Shown: positions 1-10,910 of the stretch, one piece after another
How positions within the stretch are numbered: the stretch's first letter is position 1
Layout: every line of letters begins with the position of its first letter
NCBI GenBank assembly: GCA_000388065.2
Contig: KB932203.1
Length of the DNA: 31,402 nucleotides
DNA from: Fonticula alba ATCC 38817
Lineage: Eukaryota; Protista; Nucleariida
Strand: one strand, 5' to 3'
Notes under the pieces: model-generated
The model's database searches: none
Seen by the model: only the letters and a program-made list of their open reading frames with translations
Told to the model about the DNA's origin: nothing
Position numbers and translations under genes: made by a program

Positions 1-363
1 CTTGCTTGTGTGTTGGGCGTGGTTCGCTTCTTTTTTTTTTTTGCTTCCCCCACTGCCACCAGATGGTTTTCCAGTTCACATAGGACATTCAGCCACGAAG
101 ACCATGCACATGCCCCCACTGTCTTTGCAGAGTCCCCGGCCCCTCCTGTGTGGCGTGCGCGTGCGCGCCTGCGGCAAGGTGGCTGCCGCACTTTCTGGGC
201 TGTGCATGGTCGTGGGTGCCGATAGGCGCTCTATTTTTCTTCTTCGCTGTACCGCACTTGTGCGCATCATGTGGATCAAGAAAGTGACAAAGGCATGGGC
301 ACAGGCACACATCGGATATCCTTTGGCCTTACCTCTCTCCGCGCCCCTTGGCCGAGGCAATAT

Positions 364-2869
364 TTAGCGCTTGGTCCGCGAGTCGAACCAGGGCGACAGC
401 CGGGCCGTAAAGCCCGAGGCGAGGGGAACGAACACCGGCTCGGGCGCGGACGGCCCCCCAGCGACATGGGTCTCATCCGGGGTGACGGTCATCACACGGC
501 GGAGCTCCGCCTCGCAGGCCCATACCCGGGCCGCATCTCGCGCCGACCGGGGCCCGCCCTCCGGCACGAAGATGTCCACATCGCGTTCCAGCTCGCTGCC
601 TACATGGCGCGCGATCCACTTGAACTGATGGACCAAAGTCCCCTCGGGAGTTGGCAGGCGCTCGGCCGCCAGCGGATCCACCGAGAAGACAAAGAGAATG
701 TGACTGGCGGCCGGGTATTCGACATGCGCGAAGGCAGCCAGATCCACCACCGGGCCGTCGGCCTGGGCGGCGCCGGGGGACTCGGGCGCGCGACACGCCA
801 GCCGGTCATAGATCGCCCCAAGCTGACGCCGGAGGGACTTGGCCGAGCTGCACGCCGACACCGGGACCACAGCTTCGGCCCCCCGGGCACGCAGAGCCTC
901 GGCCGAGTGTAGCGACACCTGGTCGTGGTATTCGGCCGGCGACAGGCGTTCCAGCGCCGGGTCTGCATCAGACGGCCCGGCCTGGTGCCGGTGGACGTTG
1001 GTCCCGGCGCAGATCACCATGAAGCGCAGGTCCTCCAGCGTCGATGGCGATGGCACGGTCGCCGGGGGACGGTGGACATACGCCGCGACCCGGTCCACCC
1101 CGAGAGCCCAGCCGAAGGCCGGCAGTGGGGCCACCTCGCCGGGGGCCGGCTTCGCGCCTCCCGGAACCCCGGCGAAGCCCAGCTGCCCAGCCAGCATGTC
1201 GTACCGGCCACCCGCCAGCAAGGTCGAGTGGGCCGGGGCATCGGGAGCCGACCCAGACCCCGGGACAGTGGCCCCTCCGCCGGCGCCCACTTGCGTCGGG
1301 CCACAGTGGGGGATGATCTCAAAGACCAAATCATTGTAATAGTCCAGCCCACGGACCAGCTGGTGATTGATGAGCACCGGTACGCCGGCCGCGCGCAGCG
1401 AGTCGGCCACCACCTGCAGGTGGTTGCGCGCCGCCGGGGAGAGGAAGTCCTCCAGCTTCGGGGCACCGGGTGCCGTGACCACATGCTGGTCCTCCGGGCG
1501 TTTGGAGTCCAGGACCCGAATGACGGCCGCCGGGCCGGCATCCACGCGCCGGCGGCTTTCGGCCGAGAGGTGCTCCACATGCTTCGACAGGAAGGCATGG
1601 AGGGCCTGGCGGAAGCGCGACCGAGCATCGGCATCGCCCAGCGAGTTCAGATGCACCTGGCACATGCGGCGGCAATCGTGGGGCGTGTGAGCGTGATGGG
1701 CGCCATTTGGAGCGAGGAGGGGAGACCTAGAGGGAGGGGCAGGTGCGGGGGGGGNNNNNNNNNNNNNNNNNNNNNNNNNGGGGGAAGAAAGAAACTCCCC
1801 TGAGCCCCGGGGGATGGACGCACCGCGCACACTTCGCCAAGGCCGTACGCGCAAATGAGTCTCCAGGCCATGTGGATGGACTCGATGTCAAAGGCCGGGG
1901 AGGTGGCCGATCCGCCGATCATCTCGACACCAAACTGTCGGAACTGCGCGGCGGCGAGGAAGGGGGATGGTTAGCTGTTGGGGCTTGCGCGAGGATCGAC
2001 AGATCGGCCATGCGCAGGGTACCTCGCGGAAGCGGCCAAATTGCGGGCGTTCATAGCGGAACATTGGCCCATTGTAGTACAGGCGAGACAGAGTCAGCGG
2101 GCCGGGGAGGCTGCTCGCCGGGTCGAGAAAGGCCCTCATGACGCCTGTAGCAAGCGGAAAAAAAAGGGCGAACGGTCAGTGGCATGCATCAAACCGGGGC
2201 CACTCCGGCTGAGGGAGGGGGGAGGGTCTCCATAACATACCGGCAGTGCCCTCGGGCCGAAGGACAATCGCATCCTCAATGGCCGGCGTCTCTGGCCGGT
2301 CGGGCACGGAGGCGTTCAGGGCCGAGGCTGATTGGACCAAGAAAAGTTCCTTCGACACGATGTCCGAGTCCTGACCGAGAGATCGGTGATGCAAGGCAGC
2401 AGACTGCAGGATGGGCACAGTGATCTGTCATTGCATGTATGTGTGTGAGCGCACGCGGAGGAGGAAGGGGGGGGGAGGAACAGGTAAGCCTGAAGAGGAG
2501 GGCTCAAGGGATCGAGAGATCGAGGCGAAGGGAGGGGAGGGAAAAAAAAACCCCCACGCGCACCTCTTGGTATCCGTGTTCTTCGGCAATGCGGGCGGCC
2601 TGGCCGGCCAGCCACCGAAGCTGGGCCGTGGCAGCCGGAGAGAAGTCGCGCGTTCCGCGTGCCAGGTCGAAGGTGGGGAGCCGCCGAGGCCCGGCGTCAG
2701 TCGAAAAGGCTCGCCCAGAAGCCCCCATAGCCGGCATCGAGGAACGCGTGACGGCCGGCCAAGATGGACTCCGATGGAGCGCAGCACACAGGGCAGCTGA
2801 TGCCGAGCGGCTGAGAGGGCGGCTCGCTGGCCCCAGGGGCGAGGCCAATGTCACAAAAGACCTCCACAT
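364..2869 (-). CDS. hisS: Histidyl-tRNA synthetase, bacterial-type, with N-terminal mitochondrial presequence (~674 aa, 5 exons)
   Basis: Exons (-): 2869-2564, 2424-2241, 2144-2023, 1943-1824, 1656-364 (2025 nt, in frame, GT-AG introns; the 1824 donor is one of two in-frame options). Class II HisRS motifs: [78 protein letters not shown]. The N-terminus is Arg/Ser/Ala-rich, lacks acidic residues and contains GRAFST. Confidence 0.93.
1755..1779. other. Assembly gap (N run) in HisRS intron 4
   Basis: N run flanked by G runs on both sides. Confidence 0.97.
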
Positions 2870-3617
2870 CGAGCGACAGCGGGGCAGGGGCACTGCTGGA
2901 AAAAAGGGTGGGAGGGGGGGGGGAAGGGAAGCGGGGGGAGGCTATGGGTGTTCCTGGTCGGCAAGCGTTCCATCCAAATGGGGGCTGCCTTAGATAGATT
3001 GCATCCCTCTTGCTCGCTCTCTCGGCCCCCGGCTGGGGGGGTGAGGGGGGAGCTCCACGTTTCTCCTGCTGTTGCCGGGATCCGGCCCGGGCGCAGGCCC
3101 CCCCCCCCCGCACCCCCGCAGATTAAAACGCCAGGGCGCACGCGCGAGTGCGGCATGCCCGGCTGCAGCCCACGCTCGCGCTCCACAGACAAAGCGGGCA
3201 AAGACAAGCCCCCGGGTGCAGTGCGGTGGGAAGTGATCGACCCAAATGGCACATGGCCACTTTCCGGCACCCGGCCGGGATTTTCTCCTGCTCACTTTCC
3301 CGGCGGGGCCCGCCGCTTGGTTTTGGGTGTCCTTTTCTCCTCGCTCCCTTTCTCGCTGCTCCCCCCTTCGCCCGGCGAGGTCCTCCTGCCTGCGCACAGA
3401 CACACATGCACACTCTTCACCCGAGCAAAAGCTCGTCCAAAGGGATATCATTGTTTCCATTAGGCCCATGGGGCAATTTCGCAGAGGGTGCACGGCCGCA
3501 CACCGGGAGCCAGACAGCCGGGGACCGAGCGCGCTGATGTGTTTTTTTGTCTTTTTGTCTTTTTTCCCTTCCCGGCGGGCGTGCGCCCATGTAGAGGCAT
3601 CGACGAGGCGGAGCCCG

Positions 3618-5772
3618 TCAGCCGCCAACGGCCGCCTTCTTGACGATCATGACAACGTCCTCGTCCTCGACAACATGGTTGAGACCGACAATCTGTGGGG
3701 TATGCTTGGCGGAGGTGCCCTGGATGGCGGGAAAAAAACCCAAGGAGGCAAGGAGGGGAGGCTTAGAATAGGAGCAAGAGAGAGAGAGGGGGGGGGGGGG
3801 GGAGAAAATGGAGGCCAGGACATGTGGCACATGCAACGCACCCAAATCATGGCATAGTTGAACTGCTCGGCCAGCGACCGGTGAATGCGGTGGCAAACGT
3901 GCTCGATGGTGGCACCGCGACGAACGATGACCGCTTCCGACAGGTCAGGGGCCTCGGAGCGGCGCTTGGTGTAGATGCGCGACAGATCGAGGGTCTTCCA
4001 AATGCGCTCGACAAGGTAGTCCATGTTGAAGCCCTGGTCGCAGCTGTACACAGGAGAACGAGAGAGCGAGGTCAGCATGGTGCACATCGGGGGGGCATGC
4101 TCGGGCGTGGGGCGAACCTGACAACGACGGAGTTCGGCTGGCGCGCCAGACGGTCAACCTCCTCGATGCTGATCTGGTCGATCTTGTTGAAGCAATACAG
4201 GCACTTGAGGTACTTGCGCTGGCCGACAATCGCATCGATGAACTCATCTGGGTAGGCATCGTGGCACATGGCAGGAGAGAGAGAGAGAGGGCGGGATTTG
4301 GAGGGCGGTTAGCATGCGGAGATGCCGAGGTGGGGACGACCGTGGCTGGCCTCCTTTGCTTTTGTTTTGACGCACCAGGGGTGACATCCTCACGCACGAT
4401 GATCTCGGCGTTGAAGATTTCTGCACGGGGGACGAGAGAGAGAGAGGCAAGCGGTCAGAGCGAGTTCCCCTCCGGCCGGGGTGGGGGTGGGGGGTGGGGG
4501 CCGGAGGACGGCAAAGAAAAAGCACGTACTGTACTCATGAAGGATGAGCTGGGCCATGCGCGCATTCAGGTGCGTGAGCCGGAGAGTGGCGGTGAAGGAA
4601 ATACCACCACCCTGCTTGGGCTGATGTGTGACGCCGGAGAGAGGGGAGAGGGGAAGAGAGAGTCAGCAGGGGGAGGAAGCCAACATAGTGTCGCCCCGGT
4701 CAGCGGGTGAGGGAGACTTGAAACGCCCTGCCGGGTCGTACCTTGAAGTAAACGTTGGGGGGCTGGCGATTCAGGCGGATGCCGACGGCCTCCAGCTCGG
4801 CCTCAAGCTTGGCACTGCGCGCAAGAGATGTGTGTGTGTGTGTGTGTGTCAGGGTACCGCAAGAGGCAGGGGGGGGGGGGGCAAGGCGTCACAGTAAGCA
4901 TCATCGGGAGAAGGCCGGAGGAGATACAGAAGGAGGGGGAGGGGGGGGGGATTGATCGCACCGCTGAACGTCGGCCTTGGTGGCATCCAGCACCATCAGC
5001 ACCATGTCCGCTGTCCGGGCAACGGCGATCACCTGGCGACCACGACCGCGGCCTGTGAAGGGACGTGGGGAGTAGGGTAAGTATGCCGGGTCATTCACAC
5101 AAGGCATGGGATGTATGGATGGCGCGCGCGTGCGTACCTTGGGCGGCGCCCTCGATGATACCAGGAAGATCGAGCAGCTGGATGTCCGCACCGTCGTACT
5201 GCCATTTTTTCGGGTGATGGACATGCGGTTAGGGAGAAGCACACGGCAAGCTGGGAAGGGAGGGGCGAAGGAAGAGGAGGAGGAAAGAGACATAGACCCC
5301 CCCCCCCCTCCCCGCTCCCGACTCGGAGAGGGTCCTACGCACCTTGATCTTACCCGGGATACAGGTGAGGGTGGTGAACTCGTACGCCGCGGCGGCCGAC
5401 TGGGTGGGAGTCACCTTGCCCAGCAGAGTGGACTTACCGACCGATGGGAAGCCGATCATGGCCACACGCGCATCACCGGACTTCATCACGTCGAAGCCCT
5501 CGCCCTTGCCAGAGGACTTGGGCGGCTCGAGGAGCTGCAGGCGCAGGCGCGCCAGGCGGGCCTTCAGCAGACCAATGTGGCCCTCGGTAGCTACGCGCAC
5601 AAGAGGTGGTCAGTAGAGGCAGGCGGGCGGGCGGGCGGGCGGGCGGACCGGCAGACGGGGGACTCATGAGCTTGGGGGAGGTTGAGGGGCGAGCGCGATT
5701 GTGCGCACCCTTGTTCTTCTGAGTCCGGGCCATCTCGGCCTCGATCTCAGCGATACGCTCGGCAATACCCAT
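3618..5772 (-). CDS. DRG2: Developmentally regulated GTP-binding protein 2 (DRG2/Rbg2; OBG-family GTPase with TGS domain), 368 aa, 10 exons
   Basis: Exons (-): 5772-5709, 5590-5343, 5198-5138, 5052-4962, 4814-4742, 4620-4530, 4420-4376, 4247-4118, 4043-3842, 3719-3618 (1107 nt). Motifs: [43 protein letters not shown] (G1), [11 protein letters not shown] (G2), [11 protein letters not shown] (G3), NKID (G4), C-terminal TGS domain. Residue pattern is closer to DRG2 than DRG1. Confidence 0.95.
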
Positions 5773-5951
5773 GTTTGCAATGTGCGAGAGGCGGATACGA
5801 CAGGAGGGAGGGGCGGATCCGGGGAAGGGGAAAGAGGATGGGGAGAGAGGCGCGAAAGGAAGGCGCGAGGAGGAGGGAAGGGGGGAGGAGAGGTCTCTGT
5901 GATTCCCCTGTACCAGGGGGATCTGATCAGGGGTTCCTTTGTCCCCCCCCC

Positions 5952-6186
5952 NNNNNNNNNNNNNNNNNNNNNNNNNNNNNNNNNNNNNNNNNNNNNNNNN
6001 NNNNNNNNNNNNNNNNNNNNNNNNNNNNNNNNNNNNNNNNNNNNNNNNNNNNNNNNNNNNNNNNNNNNNNNNNNNNNNNNNNNNNNNNNNNNNNNNNNNN
6101 NNNNNNNNNNNNNNNNNNNNNNNNNNNNNNNNNNNNNNNNNNNNNNNNNNNNNNNNNNNNNNNNNNNNNNNNNNNNNNNNNNNNNN
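5952..6186. other. Assembly gap (N run)
   Basis: N run flanked by C runs on both sides. Confidence 0.97.
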
Positions 6187-8327
6187 CCCCCCCCCCCCCG
6201 GGGATGAAGTGCTCGGCACGCTCGAGTATGGATCGCGAGCACTGCCAGTCTCGGGGCGCCTGGCCTCCCTCCCTGTGGCACTTTCCAAAGCCGAGCGGTA
6301 ATGGATACTGCCGTGGCGTTCGGTGCCCCAGCCCTCCCTCGGCGTCGGAGATGGAACACGTGAAACGCAGCGGTGTGATCCCTGGGTGGAATCGGGCAAC
6401 GCGTGGATGAACGGTAATGTGTATATCTGGGTGCAAAGGGAATATACAATAGGCAGCGATGCAGGCGCATCGGTGGACAGAGCAGGGGCCGCAGCCTTAT
6501 ATACCTAGGCTGCGGCATTCATACAAGCGTTGGCAGTAATGGGGATCACGTGTCGTGTCACGAGCGGGGGCATTTCAACACGCCCCCTTGTCACGCCGGG
6601 CGTCGTGATCGGCACAACACCATTCCCAATATTGGGTTCATTGGCACATCGTTGGCATCTTGCCATAGTGACTACGCCCCGCGTTTCCGGGCCCGCCTGT
6701 AGCGGCGGAGACATGAGGGGGCGCCTTTTTCCCGCCCATTTGATTGCGGTAGTGAGTGATTCTCCCGCCCATCTTGAGGACCTTTTGGTCACCATTCTTT
6801 AGGTCACCCAGGGGGAGAGACGCCAGCCCACGGCCCCCCCCCCCCTCCTCCTGACTGTTGTCGGTGAGGCGGCAACAGCGGGGGGCAGGCGGGTGCGAAG
6901 GACTCGCTAGCGGCACACGGTCTCCATAACGGCGGCAACCGTCATTTGCCGAGGGAGGGCCTGTGGCCAGTTCCTGAAGAATGCCCAGTGGACCGCCTGA
7001 TTTCTCCGGAGTGCGGGCCCCAGCCCGTGGGAGGGCAGAGTTGCCCTGGTCCTTCTCCGGGGGGGGGGGAAGGCAAACGTGCACTGTGTCAAGGACATGT
7101 GGACATTCCATGCGGCCCACCCCGTCGATTTGGTGTTCGGGTGCGTCAGGCCGCAGGTGCATGAGAATGTTGTCCCGGTCCCTGGAACGGGCCGCAGGCG
7201 CCGGCGCACCTGGCACAGGTGTGTGTATGTGTGTATGTGTGTATGTGTGTATGTGTGTGTGCGTGTGTGTGTGAGTGCGGTGTTTCCCAAGTGGGGGCGA
7301 TCCGCCTCTGTTCCTGTATCTGCCCCTCCCCTGGCCCCCCGTTCTCGGGCTCTTGGCCTGACACCTGAGGCTCCTCTAGCAGGGCGGCTGGCCCTAGGAG
7401 AGAGAAAGAGAGAGAGAGAGAGAGCGTTGTCATCAGAGCGTGCTTCCACTGAACGGAGCCCGCTCCCGTTGGACCGGGCATGTCCGCGCCTCCCTTTCGT
7501 GCGGGAAAAGGGGCTGTTTTCGCCGGCGCTCGCGGCTAGGTCCCTGGCTGGTACCGCCCCTAGAGATGCTCCCCCCTCCCCCCCCGCGCCCCGTCCCTGG
7601 GTCAGGCTCCTGTGGCGCCGAGGGTGGGCTCTCCCAACCGACTGGCCACGGCAGCCGCGACACCCCCGACCGCGCACCGACCCACGGGAGAGATGGCTAC
7701 TGAGACCGGCGTTAGTCACCTCCGCCGCTGTAGCCCGGCACCGGCCCGTGCGTGTTGGAGGGATCCCCTACTGCCGCCTGGCACTTCTGGAGTAACTGAT
7801 CCCCTGCCGGTGGTGCGCCTGCACCATGTCCCATGCGCCCTGTGTTCCCCGGAGCGGGCGGGGGCGCTGCCTCGCCCAACACTCGTGCCATGCCGCCCGG
7901 TGTTCGGGGGGGGGGGGCGCATGCGCCCCCTCTGGCGCTGCCGAGGCCCCGAGCTTCCCGCCGCCGGAGGCGGTTCTGGTGGCAGTCTTCACTTCGCGCG
8001 CGCCCACTCTCACCTACCATTCTCCCGGCTATCGGACACAGGCGAGTCCGCTGGGGGCCCAACACCGCGCGACCGGGGGCACGACAAAGACAATGGATGG
8101 ACGAACACATTAACACGCCCATTCCCCCGCGCCCCCGGAATCTCATTGCCGCCGTCCCCCTTGAAGGGGAGGGCGCACCTCGCGCGTTCGGCCTTCGGCA
8201 ACCGCCCCCTCGCTTTCCGGAGGGGGGACTTGGACCCGCGGCGATTCCCCACACAGTGCGGACCGAGTACCGGTCCTAAGTCGGTGTCAACACCGGTGGC
8301 GGTCGGGCTCCTCGCTTTTCCGGCGGG

Positions 8328-8373
8328 NNNNNNNNNNNNNNNNNNNNNNNNNNNNNNNNNNNNNNNNNNNNNN
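8328..8373. other. Assembly gap (N run)
   Basis: N run followed by a C-rich tract. Confidence 0.97.
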
Positions 8374-8653
8374 CCCCCCTCCCCCCCCCTCTCCCCTCCC
8401 GCCGCCTCGCCCGAGCCTCCTCAACAAGAGGCCCCTTCGCGTTGGTTGCCCGTGTCTTGGGTTGTGGCACACCTTTCTCCCCCCCCCCCACCCCCCACCA
8501 GCCTCTTGTGCAGCACCTCTCCCTCACGCCCGACGACCCGGCGCCCCCTCTTCTCGCCTAGAGTCGACCCAGCCCCGTAGTCCCCCCCCCTCCCCCCCCT
8601 CCCGTCGCCTCCCCTCTCCGACCTCCTCCTTGGCCCTGCCCCAGCGCACCGTC

Positions 8654-10870
8654 ATGCCGCCCGAGAACTACATGCCCGGATCCGGCTCGGTTGTCGGGGA
8701 GGCGCCTGCTCGCGGCTCCTTCCACACCCACACCCCGAGCGAGCTGGCCATGCACGAGTCCTCCGAGGGTCTGGCCATGATCCCCACCTCGGGCCACCTG
8801 AATGAGGAGGGCTGGATGCAGCCGGCCCCCAGCTCCCGGCGAAGCTCCAAGCAGTTCCTCCAAGAGGAGGACTTCTACACGGTGGCGACGAGTGACGCGG
8901 CGGGCTCTGCCACGGACTTCGGCCAGCACCCTGGCGATGGGGCCCCACCGCGCCCGGTCACCAGCCCGGACTTTCTGACACACCGCCCTCCCCGGCCCCC
9001 GATGTCCTTCATCGGCTCGGGCCCGGCCGTACGGACCCTCACACCCTGCTCTCGATGCCGACTTCCCGCCCTCGCTGCACATGTGCGGGCCAGCCCCACT
9101 AAGCTGGCCCCCCTCCTCCTCCCCCCCCCGCCCCTCCCCCGTGCTGACGCGCTGCCCCCTTGCCAATGTCCCAGGCCCAGGAGCCCCACATGCAGGCTGT
9201 CGTCCGGCCAGCCACCGCCCCATCGCCGGCGTGGCTCTCCCTGCACCACCTCCAGGCCGATCCGACGCGCGGTCCAGCCGGTGTTATCTCTGGCGGTCGA
9301 GTGCCGGAGGCCGAGCTCGGCGAGCTGGCGCCCGAAGCCGGGTCCCTCATTTCGCCGGTCTCGACATTGGTCAATGAGTTTGGATCGGAGCCCGTGACGT
9401 CGTCCATGTCGGGGCCTGGCATCCGGCGACCCATGCACGAGCACATGGACACCCCTTTCCAGCAAGCTTCCAAGGCCTCGGGCGTCTACCAGCAGCCTGG
9501 CCACCATGATGCACATGCCCAGGACATCGACATCGACATTGACGACGACGACCACGACGACGACGACCACGACGAGGATGTCCGTTCGGAGTTCGGGTAT
9601 GGCGACGAGGAGGCCGACTACTCCGACGGGGACGCCGCGTGTGAGGACAGCTACCCTGGCCATGGTCGGGCCCCGGTCGCCGGATACCCACTGCCGGGTG
9701 TTGTTGCCCTCCCCCCCTATGTGCCGATCGATGTCATGCCGGATTCGGAGATGCATGTCGAGCCCCGGCATGAGCAGGAGGAGTATGCGGCCCCGGGCCC
9801 CGGTTCCATGTCGAGTGATGCGCAGCTCCAGTCGATGCCGGTGTCCGTGCCGCTGGCGGACGGCTCGCTTGGCGCCCCGCTGCCACCCTTGCCGCCGGCC
9901 CCCATGTCCGCCCCCGGCCGGGTGTTCGTTTCCTCGGCACAGGAGACCATGCTGAAGGCCCCCTTCCCGCGGCGCAACCAGGCCCCCTGCGCGCTGGACA
10001 CCGACTTCGCCAAGACCTTCCACCCGCGTCGGGTGGACCGGGCCATGTCGACGGCTCGCGTGGCGGAGCTGCTCCTGAATGAGGGCCTCCTTGGAGGTGG
10101 CCTGGTTGAGCTGGCCACCTACTCGGATTATGACTCGGAATCGGAGGACCCGCGTTCGCTGACGACCTTCGAGCCGCAGGCCCGGCCCTGGCGCCCGCAT
10201 CCGGCCGGTGTGCTGGCCGACCCCCGGTCGAGCCAGGGGCAGCATGGTAGCGCCTGCTCGCCGGACGAGCGGGGCCACATCTTCGGGGCCCTGGGCGCCG
10301 GCTATCCCGGGGATGATGCGGCCGCCACGGCCCCCTCCACCGATGGCGATCAGGACTTCCGGTTCTCCCCGTCGGCCTTCACTGGGGCATATCTCAGCTC
10401 GGAGCACTCGTCGGATGCCTGCCATTTGGAAGAGCCCCCCGGGGGGATGGTCCTGCAGTCCGACAGCCCAGCCGGAATGGACGGGGCCCCGCGCCCTCTG
10501 GCCGAGGCTTTGGCCGGGCGGACCGTCGGCCCGGCCCTGCCGACCTATGGTAACACGCACTTTGGCCATCCGGTGCTGGACCGGGCCGCCGAGACGGCCA
10601 CCTTCGTGCACCACATGCTCCGGCAGGAGGCCCGCACTCTGCCATTCCTGAACACCTGGTGGGCCGTGGCCGAGGGTCCGGCTGCGAGCGACTGCTCCGA
10701 GCGGCACCCCGAGATCCGGGCCTCCGACCGCGGGGTCGTGGCCAATTGGCTCACCGAGGTCGACCTCCTGGTGCCGGGGTCCCCACCGCAGGTTCTCGGT
10801 CTGGCCATGAACCTGTGGGATCGGTATCTGTCGATGGTGCAGGTATGTACTTGTGTTTGTGCCGGTGCTC

Positions 10871-10910
<40 letters not shown>

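Larger units (their letters stand above)
5773..8653. promoter_or_regulatory. Divergent upstream region between DRG2 and the cyclin, containing palindromes and E2F-like motifs
   Basis: Head-to-head geometry; TTTTCCCGC at 6727 and its reverse complement at 7501; hairpin at 6488-6516; palindrome CCCAATATTGGG at 6625-6636. Confidence 0.45.

Noticed and set aside
6544-6610. Canonical tRNA gene
   Set aside because: It lacks D-loop GG, T-loop TTCG and a 7-nt anticodon loop. Kept only as an unexplained structure.
8875-10908. Long antisense and alternative-frame ORFs (e.g. 677 aa at 8875-10908 -, 717 aa at 12539-14692 +, and many Arg/Gly/Pro-rich ORFs)
   Set aside because: These are shadows of real genes in high-GC DNA where stop codons are rare. 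They show no domains, and several run through N gaps.
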